A DNA stretch of 64,000 bases. Source: Yuukianura sp. NJ FZ-2021. Taxonomy: Eukaryota. Where the stretch lies: the NCBI GenBank assembly GCA_046563655.1, contig CM102290.1:1860001-1924000 (forward strand), given 5' to 3'. A program made the position numbers and the translations under genes. Positions 49,012-60,129 of this stretch are shown piece by piece (the first letter of the stretch is position 1; each line of letters starts with the position of its first letter). A model generated the notes under the pieces. That model did not search any database and was not told the DNA's origin. It saw only the letters and a program-made list of their open reading frames with translations.

Positions 49012-52000
49012 TCAATATCCAGCCAGTCCATTCTCACTCGTTTTCCAGTGTCCATTTTTCAAAGCAACGTCGTTCGTCTCTGAAATAAGAAAGCGTTCTT
49101 TAAGGAATTCAAAATTTGGATATTTTGGGGCAAAATTTGAAATGTACCTGTTCCAGCCAGACTTTGGCAGAAATGGGTGTTGTCAGCCCAGCGCTCTTTG
49201 AGTGACAAATTAAACATGGAGTAGCGTGGATCTCCAGTCACCTCCTTAACAATCTCCAGAAAATTGGGTAAGCGCTGCTGCAGTTCTTCTCCAGACAAAG
49301 TACTGTAAGTCTCCAGCAGAATCAGTCCCTTGCATCTGTGCATATTAACATATTGCATATTAGCGTATTACATATTTACGCATTGGATATTAACTTCAAG
49401 GTTCCTTGACAATGGAATTCTATTTCCTACAACAAGGTAGGCCAATAACTCGGGGTTTTTAAAAATCTTGCTTCAAACAACTTTTGGCACCAATTTAGCG
49501 CCAATTTTGTTTATACATTTTCCCAATTTTTTTTTTCAATTGAACACTTGAACTCGCATGGAAGTAAAATAAACGGTTGTAAACCGGTGTACGTAAGTAG
49601 CGAAGATAGCGCCCCCCCCCCGGGGGGAGTGGGGGTGGGTTCCCCCCACTATCCCGCCCCACCCCGGGGAAGAGGGGGTGGGTTCCCACGGGGGAGTGGA
49701 GATGGGGTTCCCTCTGGGGGAGTGGAGATGGGGTTCCCTCTGGGGGAGTGGAGATGGATTCCCCCGGGGGGAGTGGAGATGGGTTCGTTCCGGGGGAGTG
49801 GAGATTGATTCCCCCCGCGGGAAGTGGAGAAGGGTTCCCCCCGGGGGAGTGGAGATAGGTTCCCCCGGAGGATTGGAGATGGGGTTCCCCGGGGGAGTGG
49901 AGATGGGGTTCAACGGGGGAGTGGAGATGGGTTCACCCCGGGTTAGTTGAGATGGGTTCACCCGGGGGAGTGAAGATGAGTTGCCCCCTACCAGGGCCTT
50001 AGCGAAAAAAGTTGACTTTTGACCCAGAAGGGGGTCACTTGGGGTCAAGTGATGTACACAAAAGTTGTTGGTCTCGAAGAGACGAACAACTTTTGTATAG
50101 GCCATTTTCCATGTTACCGGGAAGAAACCGGTTGGCCTTGACCTTTGACCCGGAAGGGGTTGACCCACCGGGATGATATTCAATAGTGAACATCCGCCCG
50201 ACCTCCGGTGTTCACTGGTGAAAACAGATCCCGGAAATGTTGAGCCGTTTCCGAGATAATTGCCGCCGGCGGCCGGCCAGACAGACAGACAGACAGACAG
50301 ACCGACAAGGTCGATGCATAAAGTAGCTTCGCTACTTAATAAAAGTAGGAAAAATTCAAAAATTGTCATAAAAATGGAGGCGAAATTTAACCCGTTTATA
50401 TTTTGAAAATTTTAGGAAAAAAATTGAAAAACCCGTTATTGGACAACCTGGTGTAGAAAAAAAACATTTGTTTACGAACCTTGATTAACATATCATATTA
50501 TACACAAATACTTATTACGGGTCATTGACCTTTGCATGACCTTGAGCAGATAAAGCCTTACCGAGGATGGCACGGGTCCTTGTAGACATCCAATTGAAAA
50601 TACTGGTCATTGAGCAGCATGCAGCGACGTGTTTTGAAGACTGTGACGTGATTATGATCCTTCTGAGATAGCATGTTGTAGTAGTCACGTTGCGTCAGAG
50701 CAGTTTTGACCTCAACAACTTGACCTTGAAGTTCCGGTCGACGAACGGTGTAAGTGTAGCTCCAGTGACCCTACAGGAAAAATGAAAAAGTTGCTCAAAA
50801 TTGAAATTTAACAGAAGCATTTCCGAAAAAAATTAGAATTTGTAGGATTTTCTACTTTTTGACCGCGTTTGCGCAGTCGAGCCTGCATTTTGGGTCCACT
50901 TGTTTGAAGATAGTCATGGACTACAGCAAAGTCTTGAAATCCGATTGGAAAAATGTCCACGGGCGGCAGAGGGCCCTTGACCAAAAATTTGACTTTTTTG
51001 GCATTCGTTTGAAGCCGATCTCGAGCATCAATTCCAAGTTTTTGGCAAATACACTATTCAAAAACAAAATTTTAATTTCCAAATTGTCAAAATTTCAAAA
51101 ATTTACTTTTAGGTTACTTGAATCATCCTGCAGACTTTGGTTTCAAAATCAGTTGAATTGTCAACAACGTCAAAGTAGGGGTGACCAACCCAAGCCTGAG
51201 CAGCTTTCGTGTCCAAAACGCGTGCCAATTCCAAACATTCACTTCTGGTTTCATGATCCTAAAAATTAATTAAGTTAATTAATTAAGTTTTAGTTAAGTT
51301 TAATTAAATTTACCTCCAAGGTGTAGAACGGTTCGGCTCCATTGGCAGACGACACCATGTGAATGATTTGGTTGTAGCGAGAATCCCGAATATCCACTTC
51401 GTTCAACCCAGTTCGTCTCAGGATCTCTTCCCATTGCCACCGCGGTATAACTAACCCAATTCAAAAATACACTTTTTTAATTTTGAATTTTCAAAATTTT
51501 GAGTTTTTGAAAATTCAAAGTTCTTACAGGCAGAAGCATCCATAGCCCCACGGTCACAGATGATCAAGACATCTTCCTTGACGGATTCTGCCATCGTGAA
51601 GAAAACAGACTCCACTTGCATCATAGTCCGCAAAAGTTCTTCTTGGAATTTAAAAGCTGAAACAAAAAAAGTCAAATTAAAAAAAAAACTAAAAAAAAAT
51701 TTTTTTTTTGTAGAAATTTGGTCGAATGAAACGCGTTTCAAAAGAAAATCCATTGTTATGAATATTTGAACACAGTCAATGTCACCTTTCTCCAAGGTGA
51801 AAGCTCATCACACCCACTAATATTTCGATACAATATTTTTAAATGTAGAAATGAAAATTGCTTTTAAAATTGCAACAAACTTTTTACTTTTCTTTTGAAC
51901 TTGAAATTCGCCATTTTCAAAATTTTGGCAAAAACAAATTTTGGTTTTGGAAATTTTGTTTTGTGAAAAAAATCTGAGTTCAGCAATTAAAATGGCGGCG

Positions 52001-55000
52001 GTTTATTTCAAAATGAAAAAAATCGAGACGGTGTATAGTGTCTAGAACCAAACGTAAACTTGTCATTATCACTCGGTCATTCAAATCCAAAACATCTTAA
52101 ACTAATTAACTAAATCTTAATTACTAAATCCTGAGATGATTCAAAGGTTGGTGATGTGACTGATGGGGCATGTTCACATGCATGAGCATGTGCCTGTGCC
52201 ATGCTGTTGGACAGTCATGTGTACTTTGATTCCATAAGCCTAACAATCCAGAAGAAAGAAACGTACTAATCCATCCATCTCTAGCAGAAACGTTTGAAAT
52301 ATGCATTAGAAATTAATTTTTACTGAAAGCAAACTACGGGCACGTGGCGGGCTAACTGAAACAGAAAAGCCATTTCCTCAAAATGGCTACTCTGAGCAAA
52401 AAAAAATTAATCTTCCCAATGGATACATTGTGGAGAAAGTTACTCTTTTAAGTACCGTAAATCTTCAAATTGGATCCCCGGAGTACTTATTCCGCAGATC
52501 TTTGACGGGAGGGGTATCAATGGAGAGGGGTACTAATGGGAAGGGGTACCAATGGAGAGGGGTACTAATGGGGAGGGGAACGGTGCTATTATTTGAGAGT
52601 GGGAGTGTATTAGAAGATTTACGGTATTACTAATATTGGAAAAGTGTACTATGTTGTGTGAATAGCATGACGATGAACCATCAATCCATACCCTTCATGA
52701 TTTACGAAAATGAGTTCCCGATTACTCTAACAAAATCGTTTGCCTGGGAACTTGTGAAACTATCTTTCTATTGATTATAAGATGACTTATGATGCGCATC
52801 ATGTTTTATGTTCCAAATTTTCAAATTCTGGTCAATGTCACGACACATCTTTTTTCAAGAAAAAAAAACTCGTGTTTAAAAAAAACCGAGTCTAACCATC
52901 TCATACAAAAGTAGTACTATGTAAAGCATCTACTTCATATTTTGCTTTCTTTTTTTTTGAAGAGTTTGACATTATTCAAATTAAATTCAGGTTGTGGATG
53001 ATGTGAAACAGTTTTAGCGGGAAGTAGATGGATTTTTAAGGGCACTGCGTCATGTAAAACTGTTTTACTAAGCGGAAGAATTTAAAAGTAGAAAGTGCAA
53101 AAATTTAAAAACCTTTCACATGACAAAGGCAACCTTGAAACGCCTCAAGCAGTTAGCTCTGCATAATTTCAGAAGTTTTGTCGTTTGTTTAACCCAAAAA
53201 AAAAGTCACGTTGTTTTGAATTCTTGGAACAAACATCCAGAGCTTGGAAGAAACTATGTTAGGTCAAAGGTGACCTAAAAAAAGCCTTCTATAAACGAAA
53301 GTTGCGCACTAAAAAGTGTCGAAACATCGCAAATCCTATTGTCTTTTTTCGGTTTTCATGACCCCGCCCCCACCTTTTTCAAACGTATAATTTGGCGGGA
53401 TGCCGAGGAACACTAATGAACCATCACATGGTAAGTACAAAGTACTTTTTTGTTGGCGCCGAATACAAAATGATTGTGAATTTCACTTTTCGACAAGAAT
53501 TTGGCTCCAAGTTTAAAATTGGCACATGTGGGCTTTTACGCTTTGTTTTAAAAGTATTACGTCTAGTCATAAGATTTCCTATAGTATGTCTCACCTTGAT
53601 TGTCAGACAGTTCAGTAAATTTGATTCCGCCACTATCAAAAAAACAAAGAAAACTTTTGATTTCAAAATAAATTTTGAAAAAAAAAGTTCATGAACCTAC
53701 CCGAGAAGAATATTGGCCGCTTCAGGGACTCGGAAAACTTTCCAGCCAAGATTTTCAAAAAATGTACAGAGCCGAGCTTGTCCAGTTGTTTTTCCACCAC
53801 AAGGACCTATAACAAAAAAAAAAGTCAAAATTTCAATACGTTTTCCAAAAAAAAAAATATTTTTTTTTGAAATTTTTGGTACCATTTTTTTGAGTATGAA
53901 TTATACCTTCTGTTTATTTTAAAATTTATTACAGTTTAAATATAGTTTTTATTATTGTCGATGTCAATCAGGCCGTCCCTCTTGTTTTGTTTTTGTTTAC
54001 AGTTTAATTGTCAATTAAATTTTCAAAATTTTAGTTTTTTTGCTATCTGCGAAACTTCTCGCAAAAAAGGAGCCATACTATTGGCTAATCCAAAATTTCC
54101 TCCAGATTGAACCAGTCTGACAAAATCGAAATTTCTAAAAATAGGTTTTTGATACCCATTCTTCCTCATCCTGGTTCCTTTTATTTCTCGTTTTTGTAAA
54201 ACAGACACTTTTTGAATTCTTTTTTTTAAAACTGAAACAGTTTAAAAAACAGAATCATGAGACTCAACTTGCCTATAAGTCGCGTGTTTGAAATGAAATT
54301 TAGAGCAAGCGCCAAAAATTTGACGGGCGTTCATGAACTTAAGCGACTTTTTTTTTCTTTTTTTTTTTTGCAAATTTGCAAAAATCTTGTTTGACATAAC
54401 TTTTCGAGCTTTCTCGAAGTTTGCGAACAAAACGCAACATTTTTTCAAAACTTTTACAAAAGTTTAATACTTTTATAAAAGTAAATTTGAAATTTGCCAA
54501 TTTCAATAACTAGCCCACTTGGGTTTTTGCAAAAATGTGTTCCACTTCCGTGGACTTTTGAACTTGCAGAAACCGCAGTCTCTACCGCAAGAGGAATCAA
54601 ATCTATTTTAAAAAAATGAAAACCATAGTGCGATTTTTGATTATGTCAAACCCAAAATAAACCACACGCTTCATACGCCTTCTCTACATAACCCTAACTT
54701 TAGAAAATTTCCATAAGTTAATGTGTTTAAAGTTTAACCACCATTAAGTACAACTAAAGTTAAAGTTTAAAAAAATTAAGGGGTCAAGTGATTAAATTAT
54801 TTCAGAGGCGAGACAGTCAACTGGAATTTTTCAAACCAAACCGCTACTCTTCCCACCCACATCAAGTCCAATTCATTCTTAATTCTTAATTTTTTTGCAA
54901 ACTTTGCTCAATGGGGCGTCAAATTTGCAAAATTGCAATAATTTGCAATATTCCCTTAACTTAAGATTGACTATGAGGATTTCCTTTGTTGCTCAATGAA

Positions 55001-56845
55001 CAATCCAGTTTGAACTTTAATCTCTCGATTCTTAATTTTAGCAAAGTTTGCAAATTTTGGCTCTCAAGATTTCTAATAGGCGACAGACTAAAAAACCGGG
55101 TTGATAATTTTTATGGACAAGGATGAGGAACAAGCTTTTCAAAATTAATTTTCGCACGTTTTAATTTTTGCATTTCTGCTCTCGCCAAAAAAAAAAAACA
55201 CGCCGCCGCGACTTCCTTATGGCTTCTGATTCTGCTGAAAATCAATTTTGTCACTTCTTAATGTTCAAAATGGAGCCGATTTCCATAAACATTTTTACAA
55301 TTAAAAATTTTTTACTCATTAGAGTGTCATTGCCAAACTTTTTTTTAAGCACAAAGCCAGTCTCGTGACCTTTGCAAAATTATGGAATCTGACCTTTCGG
55401 ATTCAATTTTGAAACTAAAATGCAACTAAATTTTGCAATAAAAAAATCATTTTGTAAAAAATGTTCTAATAATTGTAAAAACGGTTTAATTTGGTATTCA
55501 AGCGAGGTTATGCTAGTTGAAATCGCTTGAAAATAGTTTCGAACTACATTTTTTTTTGAAAAATTGTTGAAATTTGGAACTTACCGCCAGTTAGAACGAC
55601 CTTGTAAATTTTCTTGGGACGGTCCATGTCAAGGTCGTAGTCACAGAAGAGATCAGTGGTGGCTGCGTTATGCTGAGCCTTGTTGTTGATTGGTCCAATT
55701 GGACTTGGATTTAAACTGATGCGTTTCTGTAGAAACGAGCCACTTTGTTCTTCGTACTCGTAGTCGTGAACTCCACCGAGCGGCGGTTTTTCAAAAATGT
55801 CGCGATCCTCAATGCCCCGTAACTCTTCGTCGTCAGTGTAGTCAAAGTCGTCGACAGAGTGGCGACAACAGTCGGAGTGACCTGATTGGCTGATCCGGTC
55901 GTCCAATGACGGGAGAGCAGAAGTGATGGTTTTGTCTCCGTTGAGGTCAAGTAGATCTTCGTAACTTCCGCTGCTACTGCTCACTCCCGAGGAAGAAGCA
56001 GTAGTTCCTGAACTGAGGGGTGCTGAAGTATGAGTGTCAAGCGAAGTGGTAGTACTTGATGGTAGAGTGAGCAGTGATTGGTGATTGGTGGATTGATGAG
56101 ATACTGGATGCTGATTGGCTGTTCGATTACTAATTAGATTTGCGGTGGTGGATCCATGGGTTTTATAGGCGACGAGGTCATCATCCAAATGTTGCTGTGG
56201 AGGAGAAGCATCAGTCATAATCAGATTAAAACACAATGTCTCAAACATACACAAAATGAGTAGCTTAAGTGCCAAGCGTCTGTCTGTGGTTTTGTATGCG
56301 TGTGCATGAGGTCAAAGGTCAACTCTTGTCTCAGTTCATTAGTCTGGACTTTGGGTCATGTTTTCAAAATTTAGATAAAAGATAGGAAGTTTTCAAAATT
56401 TTAAGTGCTGCACTTGAATTATTGTTTTTTTTTCCCAAACATCCACTGTATCCCACACAGTTCACATAGTTTCGTGTTCAAAAATTGACGTTGAAAGCTG
56501 AGAATCATATTTTGAAAAACCTTGTTTAGAGAAAATCTTGTTTTGAAACTTTTGGTTTTGTCCCTTTTCAAAATTTTGGGTTCGCCTCAAGCGAAATCTT
56601 CTTTCTAAATTTACAAAACACGCTTTGTGAAAAAGTGGAGTTTGACGATTGTCCTCAAAATTTCCGTTTCTTTCCATTTCAGAAAAAAATCCATTTCAAA
56701 ATTTGAAATTTTTTTTTTGTGTATTTCTTTTTTTTACCTGGTCAGTAGGATGTCCGTTGGTAATAAGATGGTCAATAAAAAATTCTGTCGCACTGACGCC
56801 GTTGACAGCTGCCACCGTGATGCCGTTGTCTCTGAACGTTTGCAT
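49012..56845 (-). CDS. Ttd14: TRPL translocation defect protein 14 homolog (P-loop NTPase plus CYTH-like domain)
   Basis: Approximate exons 56845-56738, 56194-55585, 53806-53701, 53632-53595, 51657-51528, 51450-51314, 51258-51118, 51053-50856, 50770-50562, 49335-49148, 49079-49012. Motifs [13 protein letters not shown] (Walker A), [62 protein letters not shown]. Start codon uncertain. Confidence 0.9.
49562..50342 (-). mobile_element. Helentron-associated non-autonomous element (HINE/DINE-1-like)
   Basis: 12-bp subterminal IRs TAAGTAGCGAAG (49594-49605 / 50327-50338), adjacent short palindrome AAGTAGCTTCGCTACTT, (GTCT)n microsatellite, central tandem array, 3' stem-loop CGGTT-TAC-AACCG and T-rich ends. 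Boundaries approximate. Confidence 0.75.
49620..49975. repeat. G-rich minisatellite, ~22-bp unit GGGGGAGTGGAGATGGGGTTCCC
   Basis: More than a dozen tandem copies. It generates the spurious Pro- and Gly-rich ORFs in the track. Confidence 0.95.
52455..52624. mobile_element. Tc/mariner-type MITE (CCGTA termini, TA TSD) with internal GGGGTACTAATGG repeats
   Basis: TA|CCGTAAATCTTCAAAT...ATTAGAAGATTTACGG|TA. Confidence 0.8.
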
Positions 56846-57184
56846 TTTTAAAACAAAAATAAAACCGAATTTGAAAATTTGAAGAAGTAAATTTTAGTTA
56901 CAAGAAAATTTTTGAACAAAAAAAACAAGTTCTAAAAGTTTTTAGCGACTGTCAAGTAGGTTTTAAAAGCTTGAAAATTAAAAGTCGAATGTTGATGTTT
57001 TGAAACTTTTTTAAATTTTTATATTTTTTCTAAAAAAAAAGTGAATTTAGACAGAAATGCATAGGGAAAGGCCAAAGCGTTTGCGGCTTAAAGCCACGAA
57101 ACTCGAAGTGAAGAAGTGAATCCGAGGTGCGGATTCATTTAAGCTGGCTTTCTTCTAACTTTTTGCCTCCTTACCCTTACTATA

Positions 57185-57302
57185 CCGTAAAACTTCTAAT
57201 ACAAGCCCGAGCTTCTATTTATTCCTCGCCTGGAGTTGAGAGGACTCTGCCTGCATTTGAAATCCGGTTTTTGTGGATCGGTTCTTATTAGAAGTTTTAC
57301 GG
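57185..57302. mobile_element. Tc/mariner-type MITE (CCGTA termini, TA TSD, 118 bp)
   Basis: TA|CCGTAAAACTTCTAATA...TATTAGAAGTTTTACGG|TA, a perfect 17-bp TIR nearly identical to that of the 52455 element. Confidence 0.88.
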
Positions 57303-57906
57303 TATGCTAGGTTTACTATGATATTCATAGTAAAAACATAGTTTGTAAGGAGTAGTAGGGACTTTATTAATGAACATGGCCTCCTTCTGTGCGGTCATAT
57401 CCAAATACCCGGGTATTTGGCAACTGCTCCCAGTTGGACACATCACATGCTCATCTTCTATAGACAACTTTGGTTAGACTTAACTTTTGTAAGCGCCATA
57501 CGACAGTGAAAGTACAAAACAGGGATAGTACTAGCATGAGGAAGACGCGTTTTTGCACAGACCGGATTTTGCGAAATGGATTTTTGCACAGTCATAGATT
57601 TTTTGCATGTCGCGAAACCATACCCGATGAGGTAGGCTCGTCTGGCCACGTTGACATTAATAAAATTTGCAAATTGGCTTCTGAAATGTTTATGGCTTCG
57701 CTTAATATTTTTTTTCTCGGTCGTTATTAATCCTATTGTTTGCACTTTAACATTTAACAAATTAAATCAGCTATTTTAGAGTTAAGTTAATTAAAGTTAG
57801 GACTGAAACATTTTATGGTTACGTGGAAAAGTGGAATGGAAAATTTACGTGGAATTCAAAACTAAAAAAATTCCGGGAATTACAGTAATACCCGCCGGGT
57901 TCCAAC

Positions 57907-58092
57907 CAAGGTTGTTTAAATCGAAATTTAGTTTGTTTTTTCTTGACAGGTTAAACCATAACTCCATTTATCAAATTTTCACATCTGAACCAACAAAATT
58001 CGTACAAAGTTGTTTTTTCGTGTTTTAAAAAAATTGTAGTTATAACATAACCTGTTAGTGCATTTGTTTAAATGAGCGCTGTAGCAACCTTG
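57907..58092. mobile_element. P-like MITE with CAAGGTTG termini and perfect 8-bp TSD (186 bp)
   Basis: GTTCCAAC|CAAGGTTG...CAACCTTG|GTTCCAAC, with an internal subterminal IR ACAGGTTA / TAACCTGT. Confidence 0.85.
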
Positions 58093-60129
58093 GTTCCAAC
58101 CAAAATTGAATTTCACTCGCCTCAGATTTAAAAATTTTTAGAATTACCCTTCAGATTTTTAAAAGCGAAGAAGCAATTGTCAAAATTTTTAGGATTTTTC
58201 GTTGAAAAAGTGTTGTTAGAAAAAGTTAACTTTTGCTTACCGTTTGCACTTTCAAGGTTGGCACTACAAAGCGTAGAGGCGAGAGGTCAATGGCCTTGGT
58301 CACGAGCGGGACGACGAGTCAAGTGACAAGTGACGACGGCGGGTGACGACCTCTTGTCAACGTGACAGGCAGTGACGACTCGGAGTCCGCATGATGATGC
58401 TGGTGGCAGTAAAGCCATGATCGTTTTTTGTTTTTAAAAAAAAAAGCGGGAAGCCTTTGTTCAAATAAACCTAAATCCTTAAAACTTGGACTTGTTCAAG
58501 TGTATCCCTGGAGAAAGTGGAGAAAGTACCGTCTCCAGCCAACGACGCGTGTAATTTTGTTTCTCTCCAGCGATTCCAGTTGTGCCTGGACACGAAGAGA
58601 CACTTGATCCACCGACTTTGAAGTGTTTGTTCCACGGCGCTGATGCGCTTACGACGACGGCTCGACTAACGTCAGTCACCTCCTCCTCCTGCTCCTCCGA
58701 CATGCGTTTGTTCCAGGAACTTTTTGGAACATGGTATAAACCTAACTCCGCGCATCTCCATAAGGTTCAAAGTGCCAAAATACTATAAGCTAACGTCTTT
58801 TAGTACTTTAGGGAGCAGTGGGTGCTGGGTAGAGGGTGCGCAGGGCCATTTTTTGTTCCTTTCTCCTTCTCCTGCCCTTGAGTGTTTGGACAAAAGGAAC
58901 CCGCTAGTTCAATTTCAATGTTCCCGGCTCAAGTTAAGGTTTAACCACACACAGGAAGTCCAATGAATGAACATTCGAACCGATTCTACCCGCCGAAACC
59001 CGATTCATCTTCTTCTGGGAAAAGGAAGCTACACGGCATGATCCAAAATCAGAACAGAAAAGTAACAGCTTAAGGGTACCCCAAACATGAGAGCCCTTTT
59101 GAGCCCTCAGGTTGACCTTGAAGTGGATTTGGGGGTCGGACGATGTTATGTGGAAATTGTTAGGCTAGTTAAGTTACGAGTGAAAACGAAAGTTAAGTTC
59201 ATGGAAAAATGACACAATGTTCGTAATTTCCGGGATTCTGGAAGATCTGAAGTGGTCTGACAAGTTGAATGAAGCGTCTTCTGGGAAAGCTTTCTTTGTC
59301 CTGTGTATGGTATGGGCTCACTCTAACGGCCATCACATAAGCGTCCATCACTATGCGGATCCATCTAAAATACTCCACACACCACAACGTAGAACCCACC
59401 CTATGTTGCCAACTTTCCTTCAGAAAATTTAAAATTGCTTTAAAATTGCATTACATAGTAATTAAGATATCTTCCATGACACTTTTGAATTGCTAAAAAA
59501 TTATTCTAATAGATTTTTTATCTCAAATTAAATAATTTGAGTCTAATTTGCATCGTATTTCCCCATTACTTTGAGTATGAGTGTTAAATTAAACGCGACT
59601 TATTAGAAAAACCCTGCACAAATGAAAATCTTAGTGTTTGGTTGAACTTAAGTGGCCGGAAATGGCGGATCACAATTTGAAATGTGCAATTATTATTATA
59701 ATCTAGAATAAAATTGAAAAGATCTAATTGGTTTATCCTTTAAATTCATAAACAAAATGCTGCAAATCTTTATAAAATGTTTTAAATTGGAATGATTTGA
59801 ACAACTATGAAATAAGAGACTTCCTAAGTTACTGATTAATTAATTATTCATTTGGAACGACATGTGGCAACACGGGATGGTTTGGGTGAAGAGTGGGTGA
59901 GAGGGTAACCTCCTGATGAGTTGTAATTGTGAGTCAGTCCAAGTGGAAGTGTATTTAGTGCAAGTCCTCAACAACAGCAGAGAGCGCAACTTTAGAAACA
60001 TCCCAATTTTAAAACAAATCTTCAAAAGAAAACATTTTATACCTCGGAACGTTAAGTTTTTTAATTCATTAGTCGTTTCATAATTTTAATTTTAATTTTT
60101 AATACCCTTAGTTTACTAAAACTGGAAAG

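Larger units (their letters stand above)
49397..50483. mobile_element. P-like CAAGGTT MITE split by a nested insertion, in a Ttd14 intron
   Basis: CAAGGTTC...GAACCTTG ends with TSD ATTAACTT / ATTAACAT (7/8). Segments 49397-49500 and 50430-50483 match the two halves of 30590-30811 in inverted orientation. Confidence 0.8.

Noticed and set aside
49536..50369. 277-aa Pro-rich ORF and overlapping Gly-rich ORFs
   Set aside because: Artefact of the stop-poor G/C minisatellite inside the HINE-like element, which is intronic in Ttd14.
51785..51816. Possible alternative Ttd14 microexon (AG...GTGACA)
   Set aside because: Its 31-nt length fits neither cassette inclusion nor replacement of the 38-nt exon 53632-53595 in frame.
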